Source: Trypethelium eluteriae (Eukaryota). From it: a DNA stretch of 64,000 nucleotides. Of the stretch, positions 35,101 through 48,671 are shown piece after piece. The DNA lies in contig JAVECL010000051.1 in assembly GCA_051942245.1 (NCBI GenBank), positions 1 through 64,000 of the forward strand. Reading direction: 5' to 3'. Every line of letters begins with the position of its first letter. Position 1 is the first letter of the stretch. The translations under genes and the position numbers were made by a program. Under the pieces are notes generated by a model, which ran no database searches, was not told the DNA's origin, and was given only the letters and a program-made list of their open reading frames with translations.

Positions 35101-37110
35101 GCTCAAAAGACATGAAGATAGACTCTAGAACTCCAAGATGATTCAAAGAGATTGGATAAGCATCGCAACGGGTGTAAGCAAGGCTGCGTATTCCTTCTTA
35201 GCCTGCTTCAATCACTGGGTCGCTGCTGGTTGTCGCTTCAGGGTCTGCAAGTGCAGGTGTCTCGCAGATGTATAGACTTGAAATGACGGGCAGCAGAACG
35301 TGCGTCTTTCGTCTTCGCATGTTCGATGCCAACCTCTGACTAATAGCCATCGTAGCCTGTGTTGTGCGCAGCAGAATTGAGGCGAAAATCGATGACAGCC
35401 TTGGCGCAAGGCTGAAGCAGCTCCTGACGGCGCTACTCCTCTTTCCGGATTAGTGCATATTTCAGCTCAAGGGTTGGGATCAGGGCCAAAAATACTCGAA
35501 ACACATTGCACCCCTCCCTCCAGTAAAGCTCCATCAGCTTTGCTCCTGAGCGAACCTCCTTCTAGCATTAGGGAAGCATACGTCGTATCTGCAGACTGAC
35601 GAGCGTGATCCTCGGTATACAACGTGATAATCCAACAATTACTTCATCTAGAACTGCACTGCTCAATGTCCAGCCAGCATTTGGGATCACCGAAATATCA
35701 ACGTTCTATACGTACCTAGTTACGTTATTGGCTACCTCATACGGCTGTTCGACGCACCCAATCAAAGTCTGGAGATAGAGTTCCTTGCAGCTCACTCGGG
35801 TATCGTATCGCAACTTCGCAAGCAACATGATTTCATACCGCCTCAACCCGGGCTGTAGGATTGCAGCTTCGCTTGATCATGGTTTCTACCAGATCAAGAG
35901 CTTATATCGCAAGACAGCGTCGATCAGGTTTGTGTACTCCACGGTAAGATTATTGATCTTTCACTTGGGAAATTCAGAGTCTATGAAAGGTTCAAGCTAG
36001 ATCTAAGTTGCAAGACGCCAGATGGTATGAAACGATGTATTGCTTTGCACGTCGCGATGATGTTGGTGAAGATCCTATGGGTTTCTCGCGAAGTCATATA
36101 TTCTCTCAACCTCATGCTGCCACCTTTGTGTGCTACCGTAATACGAGAGCGCTATTATACAGGTTGTGTTAAGATCGCCTCTAGTGTGGATAACACTCAT
36201 CTTGATTCTTGGTTGTCAGAATTTCCCAAACATCTTTACGGATTCGGGAAGTCGGCAGGTACGGCGATAGCATAGCGAATCCGGAAAGGGGGAAGGAAAA
36301 GAAAAGGAGAAGTGGGGGGAAAAAATCTTCCCTCGGAAACTCGGATATCTCGCTCGTGGACGGATCTCAACCTTTCAGCCTTGCCAAACCTGGACATCAG
36401 GAACACACGCAAAGGAGATTAAGGTACGCTACACTCTGAAAGAATTCAAGTCAGCAAATCATCGCTGGAAAATCTTATCATCTTGCTATCGTTCATCACA
36501 AAACATCGTATTGCGACTTTCAAGTCCTTTTAGACAATACTCTGCGTCGCTCAAGACAATCCGGGAAGGTACTATTTCAGATGCAATCCATGGAGCTTTC
36601 CTAGTTTCACTTCTTTTAACAGTATTAACCGAGTAAGCTGAATGACGTAACTGAATAAACAAAATCTGATACTGCGCGCCGACGTCATCCTTAACAGATG
36701 AGAACCAGGGTATAACTGTAGTTTTTTGGCAGGAATTCAGTGCTCGGCAAGGAGATAAGCTCTGCTTGATCCGAAGACCGGTCCGCAACGGCAGCTCTGC
36801 CGCAATGCAGCAACGCTCGACTCGCTTTCAAGTAGTATCTTCGTCATCTTCCGTAATAGTCCATGCCAATCGAATACCCATTACCCTCCAATGTCCAAGC
36901 CAATCGGGTACAAAATGACCTCGAATATCCGAGATGTTTTACCTCCGACATACTGCCGAGGAAGCAAAAAAAACACAATTGCTCCGAGATGGAGAATTGC
37001 GTAAATTCTCGTACCTTGGGTGGGACATGACCTCCAGAATAATCGCACTCATATTTCGGTTCTACTAGGCCTTGCACTAAAGCTTCATTTGAAACGTCAC
37101 CCACGCAAAG

Positions 37111-39096
37111 ATGGCCAACAAAGTCGACGTCTTCATCTGTGGTAGCGGGTCCGCCGGCTTCGCAGCTGCCACCTGGCTAGCACGATGTGGCATCCGTTGC
37201 AAAATTGTTGATTCCCGTCCTGGACCACTGGAAATTGGACAAGCAGATGGCCTTCAATGCCGGACTGTGGAAATCTGTGAAAGTTTTGGTCTGGTTGAGG
37301 ACTTGCTAAGAGAAGGCTGCCATAACGTTGAAGTGACCTTTTGGAACGCCGATGAAAGAGGAGGGGGTATCGTAAGGACGAGAAGCGCGCCAGCTACGAT
37401 GCCAGGGCTGTCACACTTACCCCGTGTTATCTTGAGCCAGGCAAAGTTTCATGGGATGATGTCGGAGGCTATGAAGAGGTTCAATGGACAGGGTGTAGAT
37501 TATGGGTACAAAGTTTTAGATGTAAAGATTGATGAAAAGAGAGCGAAAGATGCGAATGCGTATCCAGTAACTGTATCGACAGAGAAAGATGGAAAAGAGG
37601 AGAAATTCGAGGCAAAATATGCCATGGTATGTCTCTTCATGCTTCTGGAACCAGAACGCTTGAGTAACTCGCTCCAGGGCTGTGATGGCGCACACAGTAC
37701 TGTTAGAAGATCACTTGGTTTTAATATGACTGGAGATATTTCCGACTCGATCTGGGGGGTCATGGACGTCTTTCCACAGACGAATTTTCCAGATATCAGA
37801 AAACAAGTCATATTGCAGTCCGAGACAGGCAGCAGTATCATTGTACCTCGAGAAGGAGGATCTATGGCTCGAATCTACGTAGAACTTCCGTCGGGGACAG
37901 TGGCAAAAGATGTGAAGCTCGAGGACTTACAAGCTACAGCACGTCAGATCTTCACCCCGTATAAGCTTGATTTCGCTGGTGTATCTTGGTGGTCAGCTTA
38001 TTCGATAGGCCAACGCCTTGCAGACCACTTCTCAAAAGCAGATCGTGTTTTTCTGGCAGGAGATGCATGTCACACACATTCTCCCAAGGCAGGCCAAGGC
38101 ATGAATATTAGTTTGCAGGATGGATACAATATTGGATGGAAACTTGCTTCGATTCTGAAGGGACAAACCGGACCGGACATACTGAAGACCTACAATATCG
38201 AGCGAGAGAAGGTAGCTGATATCTTGGTAAACTGGGACAAAGTATGGGCAAAACAATTGTCTTCACTAAGCAAAGACACTGGTGGCGCTGTCACTGCCAA
38301 CGGAAAATTTGATTTCAGCGAGATCTGGGTCAAAGCGAGTGCTTTTACAGCCGGACTGACGATCACTTATGATGATTCCCCAATAACGCGTGCAAGGGAA
38401 AGCGATCAGAAACTGGCAACGAACATTGTAGTTGGAATGCGACTCCAGGGCGCGCAGGTGGTGCGATTCTGCGATGCTAAACCGATGCAATTGGTCTCAG
38501 CGCTGCCTTCGGACGGACGTTGGAGGATCATGGTTTTCGCGGGAGATATCCGTCAGGATGCAGCCTCCAAAAAGTTGAATCAGGTAAATTATGCTTCATA
38601 TTGGTGAATCGAGGTACTAATGTAACAGCTTGGGGAATACCTCTTTTCAGACAGCGGTCCAATCAAGAAATATCTACCTCCCGGATCGGACATCGATAGC
38701 TTCATCGAAGTCGTTCTGATCCTCTTTGGTGAACGATTGAAGGTAAATCAGGAGCAAATACCAGAGTGTTTCTACCCAGTGACTGGCCAATGGCGAATGA
38801 GAGGTAGTACTTAATGCAATCATCTGTGAATCCTGCTAACGACATGTCTAGATTTGCACAAGATTTACATTGATGACGAAAGCTATCACAGTGGTCATGG
38901 ACATGCGTATGACTTCTATGGAATAAATCCCGAGGAAGGTGCAATCGCTATTGTCCGACCAGACCAATGTAAGGATTACATCCCACAGCACTTTTACAGG
39001 TACTGATTCGCTGCAGATATCTCTCTGATCAGCCATATCGAGAACCATGCAAGCATCGGTAAGTTTTTCGGCGGTTTTGCTCTTGAAAGAAGCTAG
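37111..39096 (+). CDS. FAD-dependent monooxygenase, phenol 2-monooxygenase-like (with thioredoxin-like C-terminal domain)
   Basis: Rossmann VFICGSGSAG, GQADGLQCRTVE, GCDGAHSTVR, RVFLAGDACHTHSPKAGQGMNISLQDGYNIGWKL, SDGRWRI, IAIVRPDQ. Four short introns near 37627, 38584, 38803 and 38969. Stop at 39094-96. Confidence 0.92.
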
Positions 39097-39419
39097 TTTG
39101 CTATCATGTATAAATACTTGTAAGGATGTCAACAGATTTCTAGGGTTATATGGTATCTGATGCATAGAAATTTGGCATTGCAGCTTTTCTCGTATCTTTG
39201 AGGCTTTCCTTTCCCCACCTTTTTTTTCTCAAGGGAACTTAAGCTCCTATGAATAGATTTTTCATCAAAATCGGTGTATTAATACGCCTTCCGTTGCCCG
39301 ATCTTGATTATAGATGCAGCGCAATTTTCATCTAGAATAACCAGGTCCGATCTGACAGGCGTGATCCGAAGAGATTATCCCTAAGGTCGCCTCCCTCTGT
39401 ACGGCGTAAATGTCTGGAT

Positions 39420-40115
39420 TAATTGTGCTGGGTCACGTCATGACCCATCTTGACTTCTTCACCAGGAATACTCATTTGACCATGAAAAGCTGCAGTGGCA
39501 GTTCCATGAACATGAATAGCTATGTTCTTGTAGACAACTCAAGTGTTCCTGTCGGCTTTATAAATCTACATTTGAGGTCAAACGTCAATAGAGGCCTCGT
39601 GATTACCCTTCCACATGGAGTAAACATCTAGGACCCAGCAATCACGGCAGGGCAAGCAGTGTAGCCATTTGATATAGGACAGAAGTCAGCAGACCAGCTC
39701 TGGGAATGGACAATATGCATAAGGCCGTATCTACCGCCATGTAATGTCCAGATAGTCGTCCGCCGAGGATGTAGAACGTGCAGTCATAGTTGCACTCGTC
39801 GGCATAAGTCCAAGGAGCAGGTAGATCTGGAAAACCTGTCCGTTCTTGAGTTCGGAATTTATAAGAGGTTAACGTGGCAGTGGTACCTTGGTCGTCGTTG
39901 GTAAGAAGTGTCTCCAGGAAGCCATTACGAAGTAATATTGTCGCGCAGGCCTCTGGATCTCTTGGAATATCGGCCCTAAACGCATTGACTAAGTCTTACA
40001 AATCCAATCTTTTCGTCCTCAAGCGCTCGTCCTCCAACGCAGAGCTCTTAGCCTCGATTAAATCTACGACGGCCGGTCTGTCATGAGTCCCATGTATTAA
40101 GTTAATGTGCGACAT
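39420..40115 (-). pseudogene. Possible small multi-exon gene or pseudogene, weakly cupin-like
   Basis: ATG near 40115, GTAAGA donor near 39998, then open frame DPEACATILLRNGFLE..PWTYADECNYDCTFYILGGRLSG. Last exon IYKADRNT*VVYKNIAIHVHG.. carries an in-frame TGA. Splicing not fully resolved. Confidence 0.35.
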
Positions 40116-43100
40116 TGATACAAATGGTTTATCAAGAACAGCCTTCAATCAGGCGCAATTCTGGTCTGTAGTATCCAACCGCTTACCAGATGAGACAGCG
40201 GAGACTGATGCAACTAGCTGTAACGAATGGCAATGAAACTTCCTCTGCCTCAGACAATGAGTCGTTAAGTCTTATTGATGCGTATTATCTAAACGGTGGA
40301 ACTTCATATACGGTACGAGACTACAGAACCAAAGACCGGAAGGTCGGAGAACAAAGTCAAAACACTTACTGTGAAAGCGATTCATGATGACAACTTTGTT
40401 CTACGACGATGAAAGTAGCAGCACAATGTATCCCCTTGCGGAGTAGTGTGATAGTGTATGACTTCTGATGGGTTTCTCGGAAAGCTACCTAATGCTAGAG
40501 CCGTAAGGTTGATAGGATGATGGAGAAACAATTCTTAAATCTAGCATACAAGTATTCGGATTATCGCGAACAATAGGAGTTTGTTGACCTGAATATTAGG
40601 ACCGCGGAGAGGTTTCAAAAAGTCAGTCATGGCGAGTATACTACGTTATTGCTAATGATACTTACTCTATGTTTTGAGGTTCTGCACTAGGGCAATCGTA
40701 GCACCACAGTTCCTCAACGTACTTCGAAGCTCTCATAGAACCGCCTCACGAACAGGGACCTGGTATCAATTAGGGACGTTACATGTATTTAGACAGAAAA
40801 TATAGAGGCCAGACAAGATAGAAGTAAAAGATCAACTGCACTGTGGAATTGATCAGGAATTGTTCGAGTTGAGTTCGGTGACATCAGTCTCCGCTAAGAA
40901 TTGTGGTCAATAATTACCGCTCTCAGCCCACTCAGCCGGTATCTATCTATAATCTAGCCCGTAGACGACACCCAGACAGATAATAGTTGAACCAGATTTG
41001 TAAAGGGGGAAGTAAATGAGGCATTCGCATAATGAAATCATTCCCAGACAGAAGGTACCATCACTCTATACGCAATGATTCTGCTTCTCGTCTGATCTCG
41101 ATTTTACGGAGTTTCATTTCCAGTCTCAAGATTCCAACAACCGATTTCTGATTCTGTATCCTCAGCCGAAACACAGAATGACCAGATCGCGTGATTGGCT
41201 CCCTACCCATATTTTGGATTCTAGCATGGCGATGAGTGAGAGGCTGATGGGGCACCTGCGTATGGTGCGATCGATGAGGATACATGCGCCTAGTCATACG
41301 TGAAGCTAGCTGAGTCAAGGACTCAGGGACTTTAGAAGCAGTCATTTGTTAAGTATATAGGATATCAGAAGTTTCCAAGTAGTTGGAGGGTGGTTTTCTG
41401 ATCGGATAGAATAAAAGCCTCATCCAGAATCAGTCGCAAGATATCGAACTAATCATCTTTTGTTTCTTCAACTAGAGGGAACGATGAAATCTGTATTTAG
41501 TGAAAAGCTGTGAGGCTGTATACTATCGAGTGAGACAATTGTAGAGCATACCATGGTTTTGACCGAATCATGTCTCGAATACTTGGTTTGGTAGTATCTC
41601 CTCGCCTGAATATCAATAACAGGATGACGAAACAACAGAAAGAGGCATCGAAAAGCGTTGCGATTACGGCACTGCCAAGAGAACCAACAGTTGCGCACAG
41701 CGCATGGAAGCCAACGTCCAAGTCCAAAAGCCTCGCAGGGAACAATATCGACGATCCAATGTGGTACACAAATGCGGGTCTGAGAACCTCGAGAACAGGC
41801 GGGATTAAGTCGCGTCACAGCAGCTCGACTCTTAGGGGAATTGATAACGCGGTGACGCATTAGCTATCCAAAGAGCACGTGTTGCTATTAACGGGCCCTG
41901 TGCTGACAGCAGCCTCCTGCAGCCGAATTCGGTGCCGCGCATACATGAGTGCCGACATGTAGGAAGCAAATCATCCACAATTTTGTCTGACAAGTCGATG
42001 ATGTAGAGGCCTGAGGATGCGCAATGTTCATTGGTGTGTTTTGTGTATTTCGCGAAGCCAGGTGCACAGGCCACACGTCCACATCAGCACCACGGAGCGC
42101 CACTTGACCAGCTTCTTCCAAGGCACCGAAGATGTTCAGAGTCTGTTTCCGTGCGACGATTCCGCCACCCTCGGGTAATCTTACCCAGCCGAGCCAAGCC
42201 TGCGCTTGAGGCTTTCTGAGAGCCCGGAGGAGTCTAAAGTCTAGGAAAGTTGCACCGATTTTCCTCGTTCAATGTCAACGTTCTAAAGTCGATTGGGAGT
42301 CGCCCAGCAGAGTACTCAACATGCTCCTCACAATCATCAGACTCTCAGATGCTGTGCTGTTCATCAAAGAACGAGGCAACGAGTTTGAGCGCATAGTCAG
42401 AGTGCTTCCTATCGCATAGCAAAGGTAGTGCGAGCCACAGGTATTTCTTATTTCGTTCTGTAGGCCAAAGCTGCAATGGATATGCGATTATGCCGTACGT
42501 GGCCTCACGCCTGCAGATTCGCCGCCGCTTTGCATTTTTCAGCCCACCGGAAACAAAGCCACGAATGTTGAGGGCGGCACGCGGGAACCCTGATATCGTA
42601 CTCCGTACCGCAGAGTACTAACCTTATCGTGCAGCCGCTTTCGACGTTCATTCCTGGTCGCCTTTCCGGCCCGCTCGCGCCTACACCATCTACCGAGGAG
42701 ATCGACGAACATCCCTAACTGTGCGCTGTTGGGCTGCTTCTCAACGCCGGGGTGCTACCTGTCTCATCGCGGACCGTTATCGTGGATAGGGTGCTCTGAT
42801 CATTCCCTTTGCTCATACGTTTCGTACCCTAACCCAAGAGGCACATAGCCCGAACAAGTAGGCGGTACTTCCAGACGACCCGTGCTGCATTGTTAGCCCG
42901 TTGCTAAATCCCACTTTACTCTGTCGTCCTGATCCTCCGGCGAATCGCGGAACGATTCGCTCTACAGGCATGAAGGGTCTTGTCAATATGCATCTCCCCA
43001 CGTACCTCGCCTTTTGCTTTCCGCTCTTAATAATATACGCTGTGTAGCCTTTATATATGTGATCTACAAAACTTTAATGTTCATGCAGGGAACAGTTGTT

Positions 43101-43165
43101 GATATACCAGCTTTACAGCTAATTCTGCCTTCCCGAAATATCTGGGGAGACTGAGTGATGGTACT

Positions 43166-45902
43166 ATGCCAACACCCGCGCCGACGCAAACATCTCCCAA
43201 TACGAACGAGGAAATCCGCTCTTCACCTTCAAATATTAACAAAAGATGGAGATCACGCCGGCGAGGGGCCTGTCGGATGTGCAAGTTGAAGAAGATTCGT
43301 TGTGAGTACCATTGGCGCTGGCTGTGGATCAATGAGTTGACTTTTGATGCTACAAAGGCGACGGTGCAACACCTTGTTCAAATTGCCGAGTAAGTAAGAG
43401 GCCTGTTGGCATGATCTTCATGACTAATTAGAATAACTAGAGACACGACCACGAGTGTCAATATACGCTCCCGAAGAAACGACAAGCCTTGAAGAAACCT
43501 GCAGGATCGGTGTCGGAGAAGTACCCAGAGGTCCAATTCCAGATTGACGAGATACGCGACAGTCCAACCAAGGCCCTTGTCGATGTGTCAAGTGTCGCAG
43601 AGCTATCGCCACTTTCGACTCTCTCGTCAACCGGAGTAGCCAACCCTTTGACAAACCGGCCTTATAACAATCTGCAAGCAGGGACCTCAGTTCCGAATGA
43701 TGATCATATGGTGCCGGCTTTACCTGACAAGAATGAGAATGATGGTCCTTGGGTTTTAGACATAGGTCAGGACAATCTTCAAAACATATCTGCGCCCTCA
43801 CAAACAGCGGATAGAAGCAACGTACAGGACTGCAATGCATTCTCTTGGCCGCTATTTACCTCGGAGACTGACTGGCAACTTGATTTTGATATGCCGTTTA
43901 CAGCCGAGAGAAATGATTTATCGACGGGCGCAAGTCCGAACGCACTAACCGAGCTAGATGCATCTCATTTCTATCATCAATCAGCCCAATGCCTTGATTC
44001 TACAGGATCATCGGCGGAATTGATTGAGTATCTAAGTCTGAATGAGAAAGTCAGTGCTGATTCCATGTTTTGAGGCTTACATGACAGCTTTCAAGTATAC
44101 TAATGCAAAGTAGGAGATGCCGATGAAAAACTTTCTAGGTGAGGAACTTTTTCTCAAGCTGCAAGGACAATTTATTGATCATCCAATAACGAAGACCCCG
44201 TGCCAAGTATCAACTTCTCTCTCAAGGCAATATTCTCGACACAGGATCGGAGACTCGAGGGTATAAGCCGCACCAAACAAGATGAGATTGATCGAAATTT
44301 TAAAAGCATCTCGCTTGTGGACGCTCAGCTATTGCGGGCAGATCGCAGTGATAGGCAATGCCATGATAGCCAGAGCACCTGGTATTGGAATGATGCAGCC
44401 CTGATGGAAAGCTGCAAAGCCGGTTCGTGCCTTACCCATTCTACCACAACTAACTAACTGGATAACGTTGTCTGACTTTAACAGCATGCTTTCAACAGCC
44501 ACTAGGGTAATGTGCACCTCTTTTAGTTTTGCTGCACTAACCGCGAACATAGGATCTCAAATTTCCTGACAAGGTCACATCTCGATGCCTGTATCAAAGA
44601 GGCCCGAGATCGGTCTCAAGGGGGCTCAATGCTAACAGCCTTGATTGACTCTGCCATGGCATTCGGGTATCAAGCCTGTATCACAGCCTCACAACGCTTC
44701 ATTAGCCTTGAGGAGAGGGCAAAAGCCCTTTCTTATTCGAAATCCGCATTACGTTCTCGTGGCAGCGTTCTACATTCTCCTGACACGCTTTTGAAACTAC
44801 AGGCAAGTCAATCCTTCCAGCGTTCAATTTGGCGAATGCTCATTTGGATAGACTATCTTGGCGATGGTCAGTGGACCCGAAACTTTTTGAATGATATGCG
44901 TCATAATTAATCCACAATTTAGACGACTGTGGCGGAGCAGATCGATGAAACCATGTACTCTGAACTCTTGACGGGGGCTATCAGCTGTGCTCGGTCTATG
45001 AAACTCGAGAACCACGATCTGATGCACAGTGAGAATTCAAACAGCAAAGATCAAGATCTTGCAAGGAGAAGCCTATGGTTTCTGTACTTTATCGAAGTTC
45101 CCTATTCTCTACGACGCGGAATCTCTCCAGTAAGAGACAACTAACGATCCCTTGCAACAGGGAGTTTCTGACAGTAGAGAACAGGCGCTTGACCATGATT
45201 GGATTGACCAGGCTCCACCACAGGCTGGAGAAGCTACAGATTGGTTTCGAGCACAGTGTCTGTATGCCACTGTCCTTAGCTCCGCAGCTAAGATGCTCTA
45301 CAATCAACAGGCTCTCCGCCAGTCACTAATGGAACGCGAGCAGAAACTAGACGTGGTCTACAAGCTGTTGGAAAACTGGAAAAGTCGGCTACCTCATCCT
45401 TTGCAGGATATACACAAACTGGATATGCGGAGAACCTTGGATGACCTTCAGATACGCGAGATGGCATTGACTATGTTCAGACAATACCATGAGGCCATCT
45501 TCATGATCTATTTTCCGTGGGCAGGTAGCCAGTCCGCTGGCAGGATCTCGGAAGATTATCGCAGGAGGAGCCGGGAACTATGCGTCAATTCTGCGCAAGA
45601 TGTTCTAGCAATTGCGTACCAGATCTCGTCTCTGGATATACTTGACAAGTACGTGCATGCCCTCTCAACATACGTTATGGCAAGTAATTGAGAATTCGAC
45701 TTACAGCAAATTTCTTGAAATGATCTCGGTGTCTTTTTGCATAACATTCTTAGACGGAGCGAGTAGCAACAATCCGTCAAAGAGCATATCATATTTGGGC
45801 ATGGGCTGTGGCATCTTTGGCAGGTTGAATCTGGATAATGAAGTTCCGCTTGCTGATGTATTAGAGCTTGCGCAGACCGCGCAACAAATCAAGGGGAGGT
45901 GA
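43166..45902 (+). CDS. Zn(II)2Cys6 transcription factor with fungal TF middle-homology-like region
   Basis: RRRGACRMCKLKKIRC|DG..PCSNC..|..CQY cluster split by introns. Later exons include ARRSLWFLYFIE and LENWKSRLP. Many short introns; internal borders approximate. Confidence 0.85.
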
Positions 45903-47088
45903 TCACACCGGGACCTCGGTCTGCTTCAGACATCGATAGATTGTTGATTCCACTTATCTTTGCTCTTAGCGATTGGGCTTAGCGTACGCTACCACGAAAA
46001 CAGTCTAAATTTCTTTTGATTCTGTAGATACTCATATTTTCTCCACATGCTATGTATGTCTACCCTGAAATCATGGATTCTTGGAATTCTAAGCAGATGA
46101 TGCAATTCCATGCAGATCGCTGCCAAAAATGTTGCTGATGGGATTTGTAAATTCGATAATCTCTACGATATTTTGCGGCATCGACTCCGACTCCCCGGGG
46201 CGAATACAAACTTCGCCCCCACGGTTGGACGCCTGATCCTTTTCTCTTATGAAAAGACTCTGCAGCTGCGCTGGAATGACATCAAATGATCGAAAGCTTA
46301 CGCGCCTCGTACCCACGTTCTGTCTACGTGTACGAGGTCCTTTGCAATCTCGTCTGACATGCCTTTCAGTCTTAGTGCGCCATTCGCTACTTTTGTCCGT
46401 GCTTAGTAGACTAGTGTTGATCTGCGCGGGTTGTAATCTTGAAAGACGACCGCATGGCTGTATGGATCATGGTGACCAGGGCAGTCTAGCAGGACACCAG
46501 CTCCACCATGATCCTTACATACGTACAGAATACATACTGGGATAGAGCACCCACATCTGCCGGGCCAAAAGCGAATGCACAAGGCTTGTGTGTGCTGTCG
46601 CATTGTGCATTTGACCATTGAGAACCCATCGTCAGCTTCTGCTTTCGGTTACGTAGGGGGCGCCGTCCTCGCAAGCCAAAGTATCGTTAATGCCTCGATG
46701 TATCGCGAGCATTGTACAGAGGCTGTACTGGAGCTCTGGTAGTGCCAGAGTCCAAAAGGAGGATAACGCAAGGCTAGATGAAGTGACTGAGAGGCACGTT
46801 TGTCAAAGAGTCAGTCAGCACGTGGGCGTAAAAGGTGAAATGAGCTAGTGTGCAAATTGCTCGGGCATTGCCTTCCCATCCCCTGCGACCGTGCTCATTG
46901 ACATGAATTCTGGTACTGCTAGTAGTGTTTCCTCAAGCCAGGTCTCTGCAAAATCTTTTTAGGACAGATGCTCATGAATCCTAATAACATTGGTTAAAAT
47001 AGAAGCGACGAGCAAGTGATCCAATGTAATGGCTATGTACACGAAAATTGGCAAACTTGCCGATTGAGCTCAGAGCCAAAGCGTCCGA

Positions 47089-47804
47089 TCAAGCGGAGAC
47101 TGTGTATTTGCTAGATCCAGAAGCACTCCCCCAGCCCTCAGTAGCGACAACTTGGTAGTTGAGCGTGCCCAAATTCATGCCAAGCTTGGACCACTCTGCC
47201 ACGTGGTTTGCAAAGGTAACAGTACCGCCGGAGCACCTCTGGTCCTGGCGGACGGAAATATACTGATTGAAGGTTGTCGTGCCCTGAATGGAAGGTTGGT
47301 TGACCTGTTGGTGCTCGTAGACAGTGTAGGTCGAGCCGTCGCTCGTAAAGGTGCCCTTTACAGTACCCTGACCAGCAGAGCCACCGCTGGAACACTCCTG
47401 GACGTAGTACTCTACGAGTGGGCTCTCACTCCAGCCGTACACGGATACAAGGACTGTGCCAGCGCTAGCGGATGTCGAGCCCGAAAAGGTGATGTCCCTA
47501 AGTAGGAGTTAGTTGAGGAGCGAGAACGAAATCGTAGAGAGCTCTACCTGCTAGCACTACCGGCACTCCATCCCTTACCAACGACAAAGTCTTGAGCGCC
47601 AGAGTATGTGACTGAGTATCCATTGCTCGCGGGGCTGTATGACACAGTGCCGCTGGTCGTATAGTCCTGGTTGTAGTCTTGGCGGCGGACTAACTTGCTA
47701 CCCAGCTCAAAATTGGGCTTGGCGTTTCGCTCGATGGACTCGGTCGGAATAGCCAAACACGAGGCTGCCGAAAGGGCGAGCGAGAGATAGTTGAGGCCGA
47801 CCAT
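47089..47804 (-). CDS. GH11 endo-1,4-beta-xylanase, secreted
   Basis: Signal peptide, pro-region ending [23 protein letters not shown] (nucleophile Glu), [23 protein letters not shown] (acid/base Glu). Intron 47498..47547. Confidence 0.96.
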
Positions 47805-48663
47805 GTTCGTAGTTTATGATGGAGATAAAGAGGTGACGGCTTTCGTCAAGAATGAGTCTTCCTCCTGCTTCTTATATCCCGCAGCCAAGGAAATGGCGCG
47901 GAATGGGCCATGGTCCGTTGACTGTAGTAAGTCGATGGGTCAGTGACAAAGTGTAGGGATGGAGACACCAGATCCGCAAGCCTGTCGTTCCAAATAGACT
48001 AGTGAGGGTACCTCTTCTCATTAAATCGTGACAGGCGGTCCATTGTTGAAAGCCTGCTTTTCGGACGAGTGGGCGAGTGGGAGAGGGGGAAGTGGACTAG
48101 GGTGACCAGTGATTGTGAAGGTAACACGTTTCAGACCATCGAATTAGGAAGGGAAGAGTTCAGGATTGAGACTAATGCTTGGAATAGAGACTGCTGTCAG
48201 GGGTTGTCCCTTCCTTAAGGGTTGCTCCGGTGTTCCCGTTGGTTAGGCTGCTATGCACGGTCCTCCTCCACAGAACACCGAACTCGGAGCGCATCCCTCC
48301 GTACCTTCACGAACAAAGGACCGTGATTCGGTCTACACCCTGTGCTTGAACCATCGCAAGCATGACGTCTCATTTTACGACGAGAGTAGCATGCTGCTGC
48401 GATGGTTCAGTCACTTATCGATGCGACCATCAGCCATGTATGCGGAACTACAGTTCGATGTCCACGCTTTCGGCGAAATGTCTCGTGGATCCTATACGAT
48501 ACTCTTGGCAACGTGAAAGAGCCGTAATGATATTGCTGGAAAGGTGGATCGCTCGCTTGACAAAGGCAAATTGAAGTGATGATAGGCACATACTGTCCCA
48601 CGAAATAGCAGAATCTATCTCAAATACCCGGGAGGCTCCTGAGACGGAGCACCCCTCCAGGAC

Positions 48664-48671
48664 CGGCTAAA
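48664..48671 (+). promoter_or_regulatory. Putative XlnR/Xyr1 binding site CGGCTAAA in the xylanase-LPMO divergent region
   Basis: Matches the GGCTAA(A) consensus. GGCTGA variants also occur at 50795-50800 (minus) and 51185-51190. Short motifs, so chance occurrence is possible. Confidence 0.4.

Noticed and set aside
41450..42120. Hydrophobic minus-strand frame (..AVIATLFDASFCCFVILLLIF..) as a membrane-protein remnant
   Set aside because: Interrupted by stops, and no family could be recognised.
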